From the NCBI GenBank assembly GCA_051362555.1, contig CM120647.1, positions 6,758,001 through 6,822,000 on the forward strand: a DNA stretch of 64,000 bases. Reading direction: 5' to 3'. This DNA comes from Lingula anatina (lineage: Eukaryota > Animalia > Brachiopoda). The translations under genes and the position numbers were made by a program. How positions within the stretch are numbered: the first letter of the stretch is position 1; each line of letters opens with the position of its first letter. Below are positions 1-13,536 of this stretch, in pieces. Below the pieces are notes generated by a model. That model did not search any database and was not told the origin of the DNA. It saw only the letters and a program-made list of their open reading frames with translations.

Positions 1-43
1 GATCAACTTTGGTTGTGAATGCGGCCATAAAAAAGCTACTTAC

Positions 44-615
44 GTCTTTTAACCTTTGTCCCTTGCAGTAGCAGTACTCTAGCCGCCCCAGTTTACAGCG
101 GTACTCTTCGAACATCTGCGACGAAATCTCATCCTCTGTAATCTCGTTTTCCAGAGTCAACTGAACCGTCTGATTTGTCGAATTGTGTTTTATTACAAGA
201 CTCTAAAAAATGAAACGCCGGTAGTAAAGGTATGTCTATGTTTATCAGACTTCGTGTGCAAAGGCGTTTCTGTGTGCCGAGTTTGAGCAATCCGCAAAAA
301 CTTATCAATATTATTCTCATCTTTTTACAGCTTGTGTAATAAATGAATAAATAAATGACTGACTGACTGCTAATCAACTGATAAAGAAATTAAATCTTGT
401 CATATAAACAAGCAACACCGATACAAAAAAAAATAATAATAATATGGAATAATACTTAATGTCATTATTTGAAATCGTCTACACAATCGACTGCATTAAG
501 AAGAATCACTACATTAAAAAAAATAATAAATAAATAAATAAGGATAAAAATAATGTCAATAGTAAAGAAATTAAAGGAAAATAGTTACCTCTGATAAAGG
601 AGCTCCAGTTGCCAT
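44..615 (-). CDS. 5' portion of an unidentified spliced gene (continues beyond left edge); exons 615-589 and 202-44
   Basis: ATG at 615 gives MATGAPLSE then GAG|gtaac donor. The 159-nt exon 202-44 lies between a ttttttag acceptor and a GAC|gtaagt donor and is open in phase 0 (SLVIKHNSTNQ...YCYCKGQRLKD). No family recognised. Confidence 0.55.
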
Positions 616-1099
616 ATATTGCAGAAAACAAACCAAGAACAAAAAACACACGTGTTGTTTCCCGTCCATTTTACAGCTATCGTCTGCTAAACAGAATTTA
701 CATAAATTGCAATCCTCTGATTTTTACTTTGAGACCTGTTAAAAAATTCTCTATCTCAAAGACACAGTTTGAGCCCGTTTGCCCAATCTCTACTACAAGA
801 CAGTCCAGAACATTATCAATAATGTCCATTTATTCCGGTGACTCGCACCGTTCACTGCTACGTGGTTTGTTCAGATACAGTTTAAAGACTCTTAATGTCC
901 CTTTCGGGCCTCTAAATTGATGTCGTCTGCCTGTCCCGGGAGTCCCGTGCTCGCTGAACGATGACATCTTAGCGTTAATTATCCCAACTGAGAGAGAGCA
1001 TTAACCCCTCCGCAACCAACAGAATTATTAAGTGTCAATGTATATATGAGTTTTGTGTCCTCGATTTCAGTATAAATGGGTTAGAAAAAAATTAAATCT

Positions 1100-1262
1100 T
1101 CTCCAGTTTTGCTCATCAGGCACACTACGTTCTTTTTCCCTTTTCTTAAAGCTCTCCTGTCTGTTTCTTTTTTATCTCATTTTTTCTGCACTGTTGTCTT
1201 TTTCTTCCTTCTTAAACATCTGATACAATATTTTCATCCTTTTCTGTTCAGCTGGTCAAACT
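1100..1262 (-). pseudogene. Degenerate duplicate of the 5995-6163 exon of the Bfr1-like gene
   Basis: ctacgttctttttcccttttcttaaagctctcctgtctg...tctttttcttccttcttaaa...gatacaat...cagctggtcaaact aligns colinearly with ~6025-6162, with substitutions and indels. Confidence 0.8.
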
Positions 1263-3172
1263 AGTATTCTCATTAATGGACATCTTTAAGCCGTCTTGGA
1301 AAGAGCAAAAGAAATGTCCGTGTACAAACCTCAGTCATTTTGAACTGTTCATGAGCAGACGATAGTTTTCTGCAAAGTCTTGTGCTAGAGGCTCGTGATC
1401 CCAGTACAGAATTTTACACATCGCGTTGTTTTCACAATGACGAGTAGGCTATATGGGTTATTTAAATCTGCTTCTTTAGGTTCTCTTGCAAGGTTAATAT
1501 AACTGAAGACGTCTCTTGTAACCGAAGCAAGACAAGGATCCCCCCCCCCCCCCAAAAAAAAAAAAAAGGTCATAAATTATTTAAATTATGCACATACAAC
1601 AAAGAAAACGATTCAGGCTCATTGTCTTTTTACCCTTTCAAAGATGTATGGGCACCAGGCTTACTTAATTTTACTCATTTATAAATTCATTTTATTTTAA
1701 TTCACTATGATCATTATTTCCACTTCCTAGGACGAAGACACCCTTTGGCAGAAACCAACAAAGAATTCAAAGGCAATTTTCAAACTTCTAAATCACCGAC
1801 GGCGTGTCATGAAAATCGCGTTCAACCTTAAGAGATAATTGAAATTAAAGAGACTTAATTCAAATTCATTAGAAAAGGAAATGGAGTGATTTATGTAGCA
1901 CAGCACTTAACTATGAGATACCTTGCTGTTGTCGTGCTTCTACTACACAAATAGGCTATTTAATAAACTGAAAAGGCAGTTTCGCGCCAACGGTTCATCA
2001 TGCATGATGAGCATATTCAATTTATTTACCGGATCAGAGTCGCTAGCACTCACGCAGACGAAGTTCAATTGACTTAACATGGACAAAGGCTTTCAGCAGG
2101 GCAATGGCAGTGTTGTTTGAACGTGAAGTCGTCCTCGTATTTATCATAAGGACGCGGATTTTTTTCATGCAATTACATCATAGTGTGGGTGTGTGTGTGT
2201 TTGAGAGAGAGAGAGAGAGAGAGAGACGGAGAGACGAAAGCTGATATCTGCGACACATCCGAGATATTTTCTCATCCATACATCTGTATTAGGCCAGTAT
2301 GATAACAAAACAATCAAATTTATACCTAAAAGTATAACTTCCATTCATGTACATGTAGATAATAGTGCTCTGAACATTTGCCTCTTTATCACATTGACGA
2401 TAGAGGGCGCACGTTAACGTCTGCGCCACGTTACCTCATCCACACAGTACACGACGTATAACGTGGAACAATAAATAAATATAATGATGACAATACCAAA
2501 AAGTAAACAAGGGTAATCATTTAAATAACTTGTAATCAATTGGATGTCTAAAAAAATCAGAACTACATTATTACATTATTACCCTTTTCTAATTACGTTC
2601 GCAACAAATTTTCATCCCATTTAAAATAATCTTTTAGTCAGCAGCTTTAAAGCTGTAAACTCTTTTTAAAAGTAGAGTCATTAAAGCTCGGGTTTGTGCA
2701 TCTGATAAAAGTCAAGTGGTAAAATTGTATTTACCAGGAAAATATAATACTTTCATAAAAAAATAGTTTGATATGCCAATGTAATAAAGTCGTTGCAAAT
2801 GAATAGTTTAAAAATTAGTCTCAGCTTTTGTTTGTAAATACAAACCTTACTCACTATCAATCGTAATCCTTTTAAAAAGAGAAACAAAAGTAAGTGAAAA
2901 TGAGGAAGCAAATACTATGTTTTAAAACCATTGGATGTGTAGCATTCGTCTTTGTATATATCAGAATTTCTCCGTCAATAATTCCTAGCAATTTTTCTTC
3001 ACTCCCACTGATGTTTTTCAATAAAACTAATTTTAACTTAAAACTAGAAGACAACCAAGGCTCCTAGAAAAATAAAGTCATACAAAAAAAATTAATGTCT
3101 CTTTTTTAAAGGCAACCAACACCATGTTTCTTTTTTAAAAAATGACCTCGACCTAAGTTAGATCATTAAAGG

Positions 3173-6100
3173 TCAAAGACTCGGATTGTTTTCTCCATCT
3201 AATTCTGCAAAGTCAAGTTTATCAAAAATATCTTGCAAACTCTCTATTTCTCGTCTTTTTCTTGGTAAATGCCCTGAATAAGAGGTAACCAGTGGGCTTG
3301 TCTTGCCTGAAGCCCCATCTACAGTCTTGTTTACATTTTTGCTCTCTTCCTCACAGCATTCTTCATGTACCATATCAACTTCTATTGGATCAATGACATC
3401 GCTGCTGTCTTTAAAAATAACATGTCTTTCCTTGTCTCTAGACACTTGTGATTTGGTTAGCTGTGGAATGAGAAGGGGATCACATGGGGTACCATGTGAC
3501 TTGTCATGTGATGCATCATGTGAGGGGCTGTCACCAGCTGTATGTTCAGTGACAGTGGAATGGCTGCTGTCGGATGAGGTAGATTCAGTCGAACTACGTG
3601 GCCCTGAATCGCAATCAGGTTCCTCGATGCCAACAGATAGTGTTCCTTCTTCCTGTGAGGCTGTGGCATTTAGGGGAGCTGCACCACTTGCACCCACGCA
3701 TTCTGATACTACATTTTCTACATGCATCTCAGTGCCCTGTGAAGCTTGAAATGAAGAACAAATTGGATCCTCTTTCCCGTTCTCCTTCTCACCCTCCTCG
3801 GCACTTTCCTCCAGATCTGTCACACACATGGGCTGCTCATAGGAACCCTCGGATTCTGTGTGCGAAATCGAGCGCGAGTAACTAAATGCATTGCTGTCTG
3901 CACTCTCAGGAAGGGAGGAAAGACTGTGGTGTTCAACCTCTTGAACGCTGATATCTGGCAAGGTACGAACTTCCCCTCGGACTGGGCCAGGAAGGTGATC
4001 GTAGTATTTCTGCAATGACAATGTTTTTATGAAAATATGCTGGATTAAAAAAAAAAAAAAGACAGCAATCCTGGTAAAAATACTGATGCTATAAGGGCTG
4101 TAAAGGAAGAAAATCAACATGCTATAAGGGCTATAAAGGAATAAACATCAACAAAAAGTGCAAAAAATTAATTTTTACCGTAAAAGAAATTCAGTCATGC
4201 CATTTCCAAAAGAAAGCTGTCTCTTTAACAAACAATGCCACTCAGTAACTTAAAAGCAGTAACTGTGGTACCTCTAAAATTAATTTTTTCTGTGAATAAA
4301 GGGTCTCTACAAAATGTTCCCAAACATTCAAATATGAGCCACATAAATTATTTTTCATCATGTCTTGTAACATCGAGAATCGCCACTTGTGTTGTGAAAG
4401 TTACCTTTCTGGCACGAAGCTGTTCAATAGAAGCTGTAATCTCGTCTGTGTGGGCAGGTGCCATAAGATTGAGAGCAGCAAACTGGGTCAAGGTCTGAGG
4501 AGTGTGACTGATTGGCTTGTTCTAAAATAGGTCAAGTATACAGCCAATTATATAACTCCAAATTATGTTTACTTCATAGTCAATGATATGATTGGCTTGT
4601 TCCAAAATAGGTCAATTACTAATAGCACATGATGTATGCCTTCATTAATCCTATAGTTGTCTCAATCAAATAAATAAAGAATATGGAATAACATTCTTGA
4701 CACTCAGATGCAGGTGGTGAGGGTTGATATTCCATTTATATCACATTTGTATTTGTCTGTCCTAAAAATTCCCATATCTATTTTTCTTTTGAAATCACAG
4801 GAAAACAAGGAAGCCCAAATGAACCTTTATTTGTTCAGAATATATATTTTTTTATAAATGGTACAAAACATCCAAATTAAATCCAAGTTTGAGCAATGAT
4901 ACAAGGGTGGTGTTTTTTTTTTTTTAATCCATGACAAATCAAAATTTCCCTTAATCCTGGAGAAGTTTTCATAATCTACATATCCCTAATGTGTATTTGA
5001 CATACCTGAGCCCTCTTCCTGTCCCTTTTGCTTCTCTTAGAAGTCTGCTTCTTCCATCCTCCAGGGATGGTGTCTTCCTCAGTGGACCTTTTCCTTAACA
5101 CATACATGCCTTCTGCCTCTTCTACAAAGGAGGGATTTTCTGGAAATATAACAATGAATTTAGGATTTTTTTTTTAAATATGAACATGCTTTCTGCCTCT
5201 TCTACAATGGAGGGATTTCCTGGAAATGGAAATGTCAGACTGAATTTAAAATCATTTAATACGAACATGCCTTCTGCCTCTTCTACAATGGAGGGCTTTC
5301 CTGGAAATATGACAATAAATTTCAAATCATTTAATACGAACATGTCTGTTACTCCTAAAACAAAGTATGGGGTCCTTGACAATAAAACACAAAATCAAAA
5401 AGATGAAGTGGACATTCTCTGTTGTTAAAACTACACTTATCTGCTCAACTCTAGTCAGCCAATGATGCCATAAAAGTACTTACCCTGAACGCCCACGTCT
5501 CCTGCCGTTTCTGTCCTCGTCTCTGGGTTGAGAAAACGCTGCAGATAGGTGATCAACGCTGAACACATTAGTTTTTCATTTTCATAGGGTTCTCTTGTGG
5601 CCTCGTATTGCTCTCTGAATATCAAAAAATATCACAACATATCAGAATAAATTGTAACAGTAGGAAGACTTCAAGTACAGTTAAACTATAGACTCCAGTT
5701 TTCTTTTGAACACTGAAATATTTGTTTGTATCTACATAGGGTAAAACGTTCATGGAAACTAATGTGGTTAGGCCATATTTCACATTATTCAAAATTATGC
5801 TTATGAGTCATGATTTAAATGGAAAGTTTTTTTTTCCCCCCGAGATCTTTTGGCCATTGCCTATAGCCTTGAGATAGATATTCACTTTCATATAATAATC
5901 AAAGATCAGATAAAAGCTCTCGGAAAGTGCTTTAACATGCAAAGACACGTGCAACTGTTTGAATACTTTGAAACAGGGTTCAAGGGTAACTTACATTTCC
6001 TTCTGCTTCGCCTCAGCATGTGCTCTACGTTCTTCCTCCCGTTTCTTAAAGCTTTCCTGTCTGTGCTTCTTCCTTATCTCACTTCTCTCTGCATTGTAGT

Positions 6101-6259
6101 CTTTTTCTTCCTTCTTAAATTCCGATACAATCTTCCTCTTCTGCTCATACAGCTGGTCTAACTCTGACGAGTAGATTGGAAATAAAAACAATGACTAAAA
6201 CTGTTTCTATAATTTCTTGAAATAATCTTTTCTTTCACTGACATCAAAAGTACCAAAAA

Positions 6260-6302
<43 letters not shown>

Positions 6303-6638
6303 AAATTGAAAAATGCACACATTTACTCCATATCTATTTTTCAATGAACAAAATATAGCATGCCGAATATAACAAGCATTTATGTTATGAATGTTGTCTT
6401 TCTGACAGTGTGTGTGTGTGTATGTGTGTGTATGTGCATGCGCATGTGCACTGAGAGAGCGAGAGAGAGAGAGATTGACATGAAATGTGTTAGGTGTGCC
6501 ACCAGTCTCATCTAGCACAATCATCTGCCTGTACCTCTCTTCAGGGTCTCTGTCTTGGAGCGTGATGCACTCAAGGTGCGCCTCTGTTCCTCTTCCTTGC
6601 TCTTCAGACCCGTGACTATTTTAAACTGGCTCTGAAGT

Positions 6639-6671
<33 letters not shown>

Positions 6672-8704
6672 CTATTCCACTTGCTTGTTCTTTGTACCAT
6701 CGACTGTTTTTGAACCAAATGTGAGAGTAATACTATTTCTACTGTGATACAACAACTACTACTTATAATAAATAACTAATGAATAACTTATGTACATTGA
6801 AAGAGTAAAGGGTTGTTTTTATCTGGTGATCAAGACCCAAAATGATCAAAATATGAAGGTGTATGCTAGTGTATTTTCAATTTTAAATCCTTTGCATATT
6901 ATAAATCCCATTTTCATGGACGCACTTCACCAGTAAGGGCCAGCTGCCTGTATGATTACTAATAAAAATAATCTAACAGACCTATTTTCTATGGTTTTCA
7001 AAGCTTTTACTTGCAACAATCTTGCTTCCAAATTTTATTATTTCTAATATACCGTATGGTGTAACCATGCCATATATTAAAATCAAAACTTGAAAAGAAA
7101 AAAAAATCAACATGCAAGAAAAAGGATGCACTTACATCTCTTTCTTCTCTCATCTTTCTCTGTCTATCTCTCATCTCTTCTATCTCTGCCTTCTGGGTCA
7201 AATATTGACTGGAAGAAATAAAGACATCACTCAGATCAAAAGACAAGATATATTTGTTAAAGGTGCAATACAGTTACTGTGAAGACAAAAGTGGACAGCA
7301 CCACTTAATCTCATACAAAAACTTCACAAATAGTTCATTTATACCATGGTGCATGTTGAGAAAGAAAGATCCAGCCATGTACCTTACAAGAATGCATGAA
7401 CAGACATAAACAGAGACATATAGTTCCTAACAGCTTATAAAGCAAAGATTCCATTCAATATTTTGCAGCTTTATTCATTCTTTTGTATGTGTATTTGCAC
7501 ATGTGGGTGGGTATCAGTGTTCATTCACTATGTATTTTTTCAGCCTATCTACTGTGCACTGATTCCATCTGAATCCTCGTTGAATGCAATCATATTACTA
7601 GACTAACGTGCCTCCTCTTGGCACCGAGTAATACACAGTTAAAGGGAGAATAACTCTTTGTTTTGGCCAAAAAAAGAATTTTCCTGAAGTAAACAACAAT
7701 TTTCACGTACTTATATGTACCAATGGTTAATGAATCCATTTTTACATTCAAAGTTAGTCCCTGTTTTTTTCTAAAAAAGTTTGGTTTTTTTGTTAAAATC
7801 TCTTAAGAGATTTAAACAGAGTATAGCCATCAATGGAGGTCATGTGGTCTAAAGACAAGCTCAGATATCAGATAAAATAGCTATAACTGCTGTTTTTGTG
7901 GTAAAAAAGAATATATTATATTTCTATGAGTTGTATTTCTATGTTTTTATTGTGAAATATAGATCTCACACGAAGAGTTATTATCCCTTTAAGCTGGTGA
8001 TTACACAAGTATGTCGTGTGTTAATCTGGGCCCCGTATCTCGAAAGGTTCACTTTGTTGCACACGTGCGCAAGCGTCTTGATTCCATCACTCGCCCATAC
8101 TCATCCCATATAATACATTGTAGCCTCTATTTGATATAGGGATTCGCAATACAGGATGCTTTCGAGATATGGGGCCCTGATTGCATTCAGCGAGATTCTG
8201 TGTAGTAGCTAGGCTGATAGAATCCATTGTGAACAGTTCCTTTAACATCCTCCACCATTCATATATCTACCTTAACACCTTCTTTGATCTCCGTAAACTG
8301 TCAATTTCTGCTACAATTTTTCTCTCTTCACTCAGCTTAAAGTTGTGGGTTTTCAACTGGTGCTCCAGTTTCCTGCAAATGATGCATGCCCGTTGGTTAA
8401 AATTCAGCCAATGACAGGGCAGATGAAAGCCGTCTTCTGGGTCTACCAGAAGAAGGCCAGAATTTTTCTTGTTTACAGTGACCAACATCTTATTTTTTCT
8501 GTTGGAAGATGATCAAACATGGAGGATGGATCAGTAAGAATAATTTGGAAGTCTGTCAGAAAATATTGCTGAACCTGTCCCTGAATCACATTACTAGTAT
8601 ATCTTTCAGTGAATATATGCAACTCTTTTAACAATATTGCCATGCCATCATTTTTATTTTCCAGCACATCATTTTCTAATTTTCTTTTTCTCTCTCCTAT
8701 TTTT

Positions 8705-8743
<39 letters not shown>

Positions 8744-11700
8744 TTATTATAATTATTATTATTATTATTATTATTATTTTCTTTTGGCTCTCATAAATAC
8801 CCTATGGCATCATGAATCCTTTTCTCCGTTCTATAATGAAGTGTGGCCTGGACTTTGGTCAGGGCATCCATCTGGAACAAATACCAATTGGTTATAATTC
8901 AACCAATCAATTGCACTGACACCATTCAATGCATAAAATATAAATAACCCAGGTTGCTGACAAACCAAGGTTTAAATTATTATAATATAATTATACAAAA
9001 GTTTTTTCTTGGAAAACTGCAAATAATTGTATTTCAAATTAAACACAAATTTTTGTGATAAAGGTTCAAAACATACTATGCCGTTGCCAAGGGGCAAATG
9101 AAGCCCAATTACAAGAATAATTTCTATTGCTTTGTAACAATTCCAAATACTGTACAATCAAACTAACTAGTGTCCAATTAAATAATAATAGAATCATTAA
9201 CAAGGGTTTTCATCCTGTTCTTTCATTAAGGATTCCAATTGGCAATATTGTCAATCTCTGCAAGAAGGCTAGGACACTGTTGCAGTGTGGCACTATGACA
9301 ACAGCTGATCAAAACCACCACCTAGCATTTTATGTAGAAATATGTTGTTCGCCATCTCATGTCAAATAACATTTTTTTTAAATTGTTTTAAGAGAGACTG
9401 AAGGTGTTTTTCTACCTGATTTATGAAAACCCTTGACGGAAGGTTGAAAGCACTTATAATTATATGTACAAAAAAATTTTAAGGTCCTTTACGAACAGTT
9501 ACCTTGGCATCCTTTTTTTTGTTTCTAAGATTAGATTACAAGCTATAAGAAATCCTAGTGCTTTATATTACAAAAAAAAAAAAAAAAAAACATGAAAGAC
9601 AACAAATGTTACAGTACCACACACACCTCTGATCAGAAACAGCTCTCTTTTGCTTAACTCACATTTACAGACCGGCGACTGCATTCACAACCCAAGTTGA
9701 TCCGCACACTAACTCCCCCACAGATCAAATATGGCCGCCCACACACTTGAAAGCTCGCCTTGTAATCCCTGTGGGGAACCTATTCAGTGTCTACTGGGGA
9801 TTATGTGACAAGCTTTAAAGCGGGTCGGCTGTATTTGACCTGTAGATCTGTTAGGCCGCATTCACATTGAGTTGAGCCATGGCTCCACAAAGCCATGACC
9901 TAAATATGGTGGACGTACAGGAAAGGAAAACCGCTTAATCTTTTAATAGTCTCTCCGCCTCTCGCATGCCTCCCCAGCTTCCGGGTTAATGGAGCCGAGA
10001 TTTAATGACTGTAGTACCCCTGCAGGGACGACTCGTGAGGAGGCGTGTGAGAGGCAGAAAGACTATTAAAAGATTAGGCGGTTTTCCTTTCATGTACGTC
10101 CGCCATATTTAGGTCGTGGCTTTGCAGAACCATGGCTCAACTCGATGTGAATGTGCCCATAGTCTGCTGATGAACTAGTTGTGAATGCAGCATTTAATAT
10201 ACAATATCATTACCTTTTTTGAAATCTCATGATTCAGTGCTCTCAGGTCAAGATCTATTTTCTTGCGTCGTTCAATGCTGGCGTCTTTCTCTGCTCTGGT
10301 GTGGCGTAGTCGGGAGTGAATGTTATCTTCTGACGCAGACGAATCCTTGAGGGTTTTCTGTAAACGTAAAACATCCAATTTGCATGTTGAAAGTTGCATG
10401 TTGTTGCTTTGAATCGTGCTTCAAGGAAATCTTTATAAGAGCTGTTGTCTTTCACAATTTCAGTAAGGCCTAAATCAGTTTTTCATCAGCCATCAATGTT
10501 TCAATACATCAAAATCAATATAATAAAATACCAAAAAGCTCAAATCAATGTGCCTATTCCACGTCTTGCATCCAACAAGACAGATGCGGCAAACACCAAC
10601 TTCTGGAAACATAAATGGCAAACAAGATATCGATCACGTTTTATTCTTTTTAGTTTCTTGTCCTCTGCTAAGTTCCTACAGTTATCACCAACTCTGACTT
10701 CCCAGGTAAGGAAAGCGGCGTTGTCAAAACAAAGCTGTAATAACAATACCGAGGAGGCCTGAAATATTCCATCAACAGTATCTGCGTTGTTCCATTTCAA
10801 AATGACACCTTAAAGGGAAAACAGCTCACTGTTAATGTTTTTTTTTTTTTTTTTTGCAAGAAAAAAAAAAATCCAAGGGTAAATGGTCATTTTTCCATAC
10901 TTATCATGGACTAATCAATCTGTTCTGACATTCATATTAATCCAAGTTTTTTTTTTTTTTTAATTTGGGATTTTTATAATATTATCTTAATAGATTATTA
11001 CAAAGGGTAGCCATCTATGGAGGTCGTGCGGTCCGATGGCAAGCACAAGTTCCAGAATTATTTTGATACTAGTAATTGGTGGTAAGGTGGAATGTATCAT
11101 ATTTCTAAGAGTTGTTTACAATGTATTTCTTGTGAAATATGAAATTGAATCTCATATGAACAGTTGTTATCTCTTAAAAATGATTTCGTGCTGATAAATA
11201 GAAGCTGATTGCCGCAGAAAAACATGTCACTAGGAGGTGGGATGAAATTGCTCTAATTACTTATTGTGATACTAGTAATTATAAAGGAGGTGTTAATACC
11301 TAGCTTCTGACATTCTTTACACTTCAATCTGATCCAAAAATAAAAAAAAAAATAATAATAAATAAAATTAAATAATAAACAAAAAATAAGAAAAAATTTT
11401 TAAATGCCTTCATGATATCAATTGCAGTTTTGTTGGCAAACTACGATACAAATCTGGGTCGTTGAGCTTCACGTGTATCTTTAATCAACTAGGGACTGTT
11501 CCCAATGAGACTACCAGTCTACATAGATCAATCCATCTCCACCGGGACTCACTGCAATGTAATCAGTTGATCAGATTAATACTCTTAATCCTGATGAATC
11601 CAACTACTGGGTAATGCAATTAATTTACTGCTTAATTAACTGGCTCCCTTCCAATACCACACCTGATTTACTGCAATTGCCACTAATTTTCGTCATTTTG

Positions 11701-13536
11701 TTAAAGGCGTAGAATGAGATTTATACTTTTGCGTAGCAAACAGTTAAATTTAAATAATTTCCAAGAAATTATTCAGTAATTTCCCGTTAATCAAAAAGGA
11801 TTTCCCTTTCCTGTATCACCCAGGTACTAGTATACCCATATCAAAATTGTTGCAAAAAATTAAAATCTGCACGTAGTTGTCGAGATCTAACCTTCCCATG
11901 TTTCTCATACTGGTGATGTAGGATGGATAATTAATGACCCGACCTTTAAAAAAAGTTTTAATTCAAAAAAGTTACTACTTAAAAGTCTTCTGTGCAATTT
12001 ATATTTTAAAATGGTACGAAAAGAAGACAAAATTATAGGAAATGAATCTGTCTACAGTAAAGTAACAAATACTCAGTAGGGGGTGTGACCAGTAAACCCC
12101 TTATTTTCATCATGCTTGTTAAAACTAGGCATTAAATTTGACGTTGCATTAGGACACACACAATACTAATAGTTAACACAAAATGTGTTTGGTATTGTAT
12201 TCTTAACTAAAGATGGCTTATTTTTTTATTATTTTTTTTTTTTTTTGTGAAATGCAGGTATTTTGGAAATACAAATTGTGACATTTTAAAGTACATGTTT
12301 TACTGAATATTTTTCGCTGCACAATTCTTTGTCTAGATTAAAAGGCTATAATCAGTATCAGGGGTGTTAAAATCTATGTTCCTGATTATTTTACACAGAT
12401 TTGGAGAAAAATACTATTTTTCAAACAATTTTAAAAATGCATTATGGCATTTATGGGAATCCATCAAATCTCTTGACATCTCTTAGGCATCGTGTTTTCT
12501 GTTTCAACGTAACACTAGTACATTTAAATCATTCTTCTAGATTTCACATATTTAACAGAAATAATGTTACGATTAAAATCCATTCTAAACATCTACAATC
12601 CTTACTGTCCGATAAATGTCAAATACTAGGCAAAAATGGAGGGGTAACAAAGACATATTGTATACTGTAATTTACATTTCTTACGTTCAATAATAAAAAA
12701 AAGACCGATTTCCATCAAAACACTAATGAATAACAACCGTCATATCCCCTTAGAAACGTCAACAAACTTCCATTGATTATAGTGTAAAAAGTTTTGTAGG
12801 TAAAAAGCCGTTTCTTGTTCATATTCATTATTCTGTCTCATGTTGAAGGAAAATGGATGCTGTTACGAGACCCATATATATATATGCTTATAGAGATTAA
12901 CCCATGCAAATAAATATTTTCTTCATCTGGTTGTGTTTTACACCAGACTTTAACCTAATTTTTTTTTTTTTTTGTTTTTGTTTTGTTTTTTTTTTGTTTT
13001 TGTTTTTTTTTTTTTTTTTTGTATCAGTGACTAAAATGAAATATTAAGAACAAAATGGAGTCAATCATCACAACAGCAATGATGGTGATTGCTATATTTC
13101 ATCCAAAACTTTCAGAACAATGTGCAAGCAGTTATGTTGTACCATTATTTTTTCTGATGATTGGGGTATATCTCTTTGAAATAAAACCAACAAACCAGAG
13201 TATGTTTAAGATCTCAATTTTGACCTCCATGTCACAATTTTGACTGTGGACAGACCCAAATTGCAATCAAGTTATGCAGTGGACTGCTGCTGAACACTAC
13301 AACAACAACAACAACAAAATCATTTGAGGTATCATATCAACAATTTACCATTTTCAAATTCCACCATGTGGGTGACTCGTAAATTAGACATTTTAAATTA
13401 TATTTTTATCGTTTTCTTTTTCACTTATTCTTCAAGATAAAAGCAAATTGCTTACTAGTTGTGCCTCCTTTTCCTGTATGCTTGTCAGTATTGACTGTAG
13501 TTCTGCTTCAAACTTCTTCTTGTTTGGTGGTTTCAT
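3173..13536 (-). CDS. Bfr1 / proton-pump-interactor-like coiled-coil protein, ~651 aa, 11 coding exons: 13536-13456, 10357-10214, 8871-8801, 8372-8271, 7208-7136, 6631-6535, 6163-5995, 5614-5484, 5139-5006, 4521-4405, 4009-3173
   Basis: All introns are GT-AG and phases are consistent (1956 nt total). Motifs MKPPNKKKFEAEL, LEHQLKTHNFKLSEERKIVAEIDSLRRSKK, EPYENEKLMCSALITYL, a basic KRSKRDRKR patch and QTLTQFAALNLMAP...IEQLRARK follow the fungal Bfr1 motif order (recalled). Long acidic/Ser-rich C-terminal tail. The gene structure is more certain than the family call. Confidence 0.75.
4509..4618. repeat. Direct duplication (80-bp spacing) straddling the 4521 splice acceptor
   Basis: tgattggcttgttctaaaataggtcaa at 4509 and tgattggcttgttccaaaataggtcaa at 4589; the intronic copy has lost the AG (minus strand ttttag to ttttgg). 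Confidence 0.8.
5101..5345. repeat. Tandem repeat, ~3 x 81 bp, straddling the 5139 splice acceptor
   Basis: Unit acatgccttctgcctcttctacaa(t/a)ggaggg(a/c)ttt(t/c)ctggaaat recurs at ~5105, ~5185 and ~5265; each copy keeps tttccag on the minus strand. Confidence 0.9.
7639..7992. mobile_element. Kolobok-like non-autonomous element (TTAA-flanked)
   Basis: ttaa|agggagaataactctt ... aagagttattatccct|ttaa terminal inverted repeats; internal similarity to 10810-11177. Confidence 0.7.
8026..8179. mobile_element. Short MITE
   Basis: TIRs ctgggccccgtatctcgaaag / ctttcgagatatggggccctg. Confidence 0.7.
9678..10172. mobile_element. Family-B Harbinger/Tourist-like MITE interrupted by a second MITE
   Basis: Shares gatcaaatatggccg...tatttga...gatctgttag with 53198-53541, and ctattcagtgt...ggggattatg with 52751-52873. 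Its right TIR is split at tta by 9854-10158. Confidence 0.6.
9854..10158. mobile_element. Long-palindrome MITE (Harbinger/Tourist-like), ~120-bp inverted arms
   Basis: ggccgcattcacattgagttgagccatgg... / ...ccatggctcaactcgatgtgaatgtgccc; flanked by tta / ata. Confidence 0.85.
10810..11177. mobile_element. Second, more diverged copy of the Kolobok-like element
   Basis: Starts ttaaagggaaaacagctc; tagccatctatggaggtcgtgcggtc and ttgtgaaatat blocks match 7639-7992. Confidence 0.65.

Noticed and set aside
3303-3885. Plus-strand and alternate-frame ORFs over the Bfr1-like last exon (likewise over 47348-49567 and other exons)
   Set aside because: Antisense or shadow frames of real GC-richer exons.
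8637-8897. ORFs rich in FIYL, Y, I, HT or YI runs (also 6207, 13658, 51815, 62515)
   Set aside because: Translations of (TTTA)n, (TTA)n, (CA)n and (TA)n microsatellites.
12722-12760. ctaatga...gaaacgtc as a hammerhead
   Set aside because: The core is mutated, there is no helix I or II complementarity, and there is no PLE context.
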